Position numbers and translations under genes: made by a program. Shown piece after piece: positions 60,601-64,000 of a stretch of DNA of 64,000 nt; the first letter of the stretch is position 1; each line of letters begins with the position of its first letter. The notes under the pieces are model-generated. The model was given only the letters and a program-made list of their open reading frames with translations. It had not been told where the DNA came from and did not search any database. Where the stretch lies: NCBI GenBank assembly GCA_043228905.1, contig JBHGNT010000007.1:11470001-11534000 (forward strand). Reading direction: 5' to 3'. Source of the DNA: Azolla caroliniana. Its lineage: Eukaryota > Plantae > Polypodiophyta.

Positions 60601-63600
60601 GGTGAAGAAGCCACCCCCTTGCAACAGCAATCGCTAGCACCACATGAACCTTCGTCATCTTGGCTACAGGAGCGAAGGTCTCGTCGTAGTCGATTTCGTG
60701 GGTTTGCTCGTATCCCTTCACCACTAACCGGGCCTTGTAGTGGTTAACTGAACCGTCGGCGTTGTGCTTTACCTTGTACACCCACTTGCATCTTATCGGT
60801 TTACAGTGACGAGGAGGGTCAACTAGGTCCCATGTCTCGTTGACATTAAGTGCCCACATTTCTTCCTCCATAGCGGCACGCCAATTTGCGTCTTTTGCCG
60901 CTTCTGCATAGCTCTCTGGCTCACGTACTTCCACCACTTTAGTCATGTACGCATAGTGATGCACCATGTACTCATTGTACCCGTACCGCATGACGGGATC
61001 CTTCTGGCAGGTGGACCGGCGTAACTCACCGTTACCCGGTTTAAGGGCTTTCTTGGCCGGTTCGGTCTTCGTTGCCGAAGATACACCTTTCTCCTTGCCG
61101 GAGTTGGATGCACACTGATCCAACTCATCGTTGCCGGTTTCGAATGCCGACATCTTTTTCTTCCCTTTCTCTTTGCACGTGAAACGTCTCCTCGGTTCCT
61201 TGCGCGGGGAGAGCACGGTAGAGTCTCCACTACTCGCCGGTTCCTCATCGGATTGGTCAGATTGATTCAGTCTCTCGTTCGGCCCGCTCAACCGAAACGA
61301 TTCCGGACTCTCATCCTGAGTCCACGCTTCATCATCATCTACCTGGGCCGGTTCAGGCTCACTAGCCTCATCCTCCGGCATCGGGTCGGATTCGGAAGTC
61401 GGAGCCGGTAAGGAGTACCATGATGCCAATTCATCGAACTCGACATCTCGACTAACTCGGACCTGCTTTATCCGGGGGTTATAACACTTATAACCCTTTT
61501 TCTCTTGAGCATAGCCGATTAGGATGCATTTTTCCGATTTTGCATCTAGCTTCCTCCGCTTCTCATCCGGTACATGCACATATGCAATGCTACCGAAGAT
61601 GTTAAGGTGTCTCAAATTCGGCTTGTGCCCGAAATACAGCTCGTGAGCTGACACCTTCTCACCGATCCGGTTTTGGATGTAGACAGTCGTTCGAACTGCC
61701 TCCGCCCAGTACAATTTGGGCATGCTCTTCTCCTCCAGCATTGCCCTTGCCGCATCAATAAGCGATCAGTTCTTCCTTTCGGCAACACCATTCTGTTGCG
61801 GTGTGTATCTATAGCTGAACTCTCGCCGAATTCCCTTTTGTTGTAGATAACTGTTGAATTGGCCGGAAAAGTATTCTTTTTCGCCATCCGACCGCAGGCA
61901 TTTGATCTTCCTCTCCGATTCCCGTTCCACCATGCTTTGGACACTCCGGAAACACTCGAAGACTTCACTCTTCCGCTCAATGAGGTAGATCCATGTGTGC
62001 CGCATATAGTCGTCGATGAAGGAGACGAAATATCGACTCCCGCCAAGACTAACATTCTATGCCTGATGAAGGTCGAGCTTGTTACGGCTCCGGTTACGTT
62101 CGTTGGGGAATGGAAGCCGGTGTTGCTTCCCGAGTTGACAGGCTTCACATACTTGGGCCTTCCGGCTGCTGAACTTCGGCAAACCGAAAACAACTTGTTT
62201 CGCTTGCAGGTCTTGAAGCCTCCGGTAATTGACGTGGCCTATCTGCTTGTGCCATAGGTTGATGTCTGATTCGACATTCTGTCCATTTGCAAACAGAGCG
62301 GTGCCGACATCATTGGTGCCGAGGATAAACATCCTCTCGTCTCTGCGCCCTTGCGCAATAATCTGGCCCTCTTCCTCGATGAAGCACCCGAGGTGCGTAA
62401 ACCGCACCTGCATCCCTTGGTCAACGATCTATCTGACTGACACCAGGTTCTTCGTGATTGTCAGAATATGTAATACGTTCATCAGCTTCCCCTTCTGTCT
62501 GACGTGGCTCAAAGGGACTTCTCTGACGTGCACGATTGGGTGAGGAGTGTCGTCTCCGGTTTCGACTACTCCTAGTTGATCCGGTTTTTCCAAAAAGGAG
62601 AACCACTCTTTGTGGCTCGTCATGTGGTTCGACACACCGGAATCAACATACCACACTTTCTCCGATTTGAAAGTGGTCTTCTTCATCGAGTTCGCCTCGT
62701 GCTTCATCACCAAGGCTGGCCCGTTACTGTTCTTGGATACTCCTGATCCCTTCACGTAGTGCGAGCTTTGCTGGCCATCCTTGCCGGCCTTGCCGGATCC
62801 GGATTTGTCCGAATCGGCGCGTTTTCTCCAACACTCGCTTTCTCTGTGGCCCTTTTTGCCACAGTACCAGCATTCCGTTGCAGTCTTCTCTTGCCATCTT
62901 CCGATGCCACCATGACTCCCCCTACTCCCGGAGGGTCTGGAACTGTTGTCAGCACGTTCTCTGAGCCTTTGTTCCTGGTCTTGCTGGCCGCCTCCATTGC
63001 GTGCCGACCCGCCTCGTCCACCACGCCCACGGGACCGATCCGCTTCCGTGTACAGCATCCGGTTGTCAATGGGTGCGCTAGTTGACACACCGGCGTGGTT
63101 CTCCTCTACAAGGAGCATCGACTATAAGTCGAAAAACGACGGCGTATTCTCCCTTGTACATACCGCCATTCGGAACGCTCTGAACTTAGACGCCAGGCCC
63201 CCAAGACAGACCTGTACCATCTCGTCTTCCTCTACGGTAACGTTGATAGAGGCAAGCGAGTCACATATCTCTTTGATCCGGGCCGTGTAATCTGCCACCG
63301 ACATGTCCTTCTGTTGGACATTGCTCAACTACTGTCGGAGTTGCAACTTCCGGGATGTAGTACTCGTGGCGAAAACCTTCTTCAGGTTTCCCCAAGCCTC
63401 CTTCGGCGTCTTGGCGTCTTGGATGTGGCTCAGCAGTTGGTCTCCGACACTGGACGCGTAGCAGTACATCACTCTGCTTGCCGATTGTTCCCACACTGGG
63501 AAATCCTTATGTGTTGCATCAGGTGCTATTTCGTTGGCTCCTTCGACGAAACTCTAGTAGCCATGCCCAAGCAGGTACTGGTGCATCTTGTACAACCAAG

Positions 63601-64000
63601 ATGCGTAGTTGGATCTGTCGAGTTTCTCCACAAGGAGTGAGCTAGCCATTCCTCTATCCATCACTTCTCTGTCTGTTGTTCTTACGACCTGTTAGGGTTT
63701 GCTTTCAAGCGTTTGTCGGCTACAGAGGTTCTCAACCCTCGCGCTCTGATACCATGAAAATGATTACTTGTGGAAGCGTTAGAAAACAGAGGAAGCAGAG
63801 AATACACAAAGTACACAGGAGAGACAGAGAGAGCAGAACGTAAACACTATATTCAAAAAAACAATTAAAACATTCTCTCTACTTACAACTGTGCTCAGTA
63901 GCACTATTCATACAAGTCCTCGTGGGACTAACAGAAGTACCGCGTACTTCAATGCTCACACGAGTATCTGACAATTACTACGAGACTATAACTACCTAGT
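57661..64000 (-). mobile_element. Near-complete degenerate Bryco-like copia (5' LTR runs off the window)
   Basis: 3' LTR 57661-58063, PPT 58064-58075, PBS 63743-63754, 5' LTR from 63755; gag start 63661; ORFs 62429-63118, 59798-61741, 58585-59109. Confidence 0.95.
59193..59879 (-). mobile_element. Solo LTR (687 bp) inserted between RT and RNase H of the copia
   Basis: TGTCG..CGACA termini, 4-bp TSD CCGT (59189-59192, 59880-59883); removing it restores [15 protein letters not shown]. Confidence 0.93.

Overview
Eukaryotic nuclear DNA, most likely from a non-seed land plant (bryophyte, lycophyte or fern; inferred from the transposon families). It is dominated by nested LTR retrotransposons. Host genes: one 3-exon class III peroxidase (13145-21122, +) with an intact, identical-LTR Tnt1/Tork-like copia in intron 2, and a 3-unit tandem array of tRNA-Glu(TTC) genes (2 intact-looking, 1 decayed). 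Mobile content: at least 7 pieces of one copia family (gag starts MDRGMASxLPTEKLDRSNY; Bryco/RLC5-like from memory), two Tork-like copias, several gypsy remnants (one internally inverted, one family apparently inserting at ACGG with a 4-bp TSD), a LINE 3' fragment, and a decayed DNA transposon (about 51.2-57.7 kb). That transposon is the most unusual object. A Sola/DUF7869-like DDE transposase is divergently paired with a spliced gene that may encode a ParB-like domain. The first intron of that gene holds 16 copies of a 29-bp palindrome separated by mostly 22-bp spacers that occur in both orientations. All alignments and counts were done by eye; family names are from recognition, not database searches.
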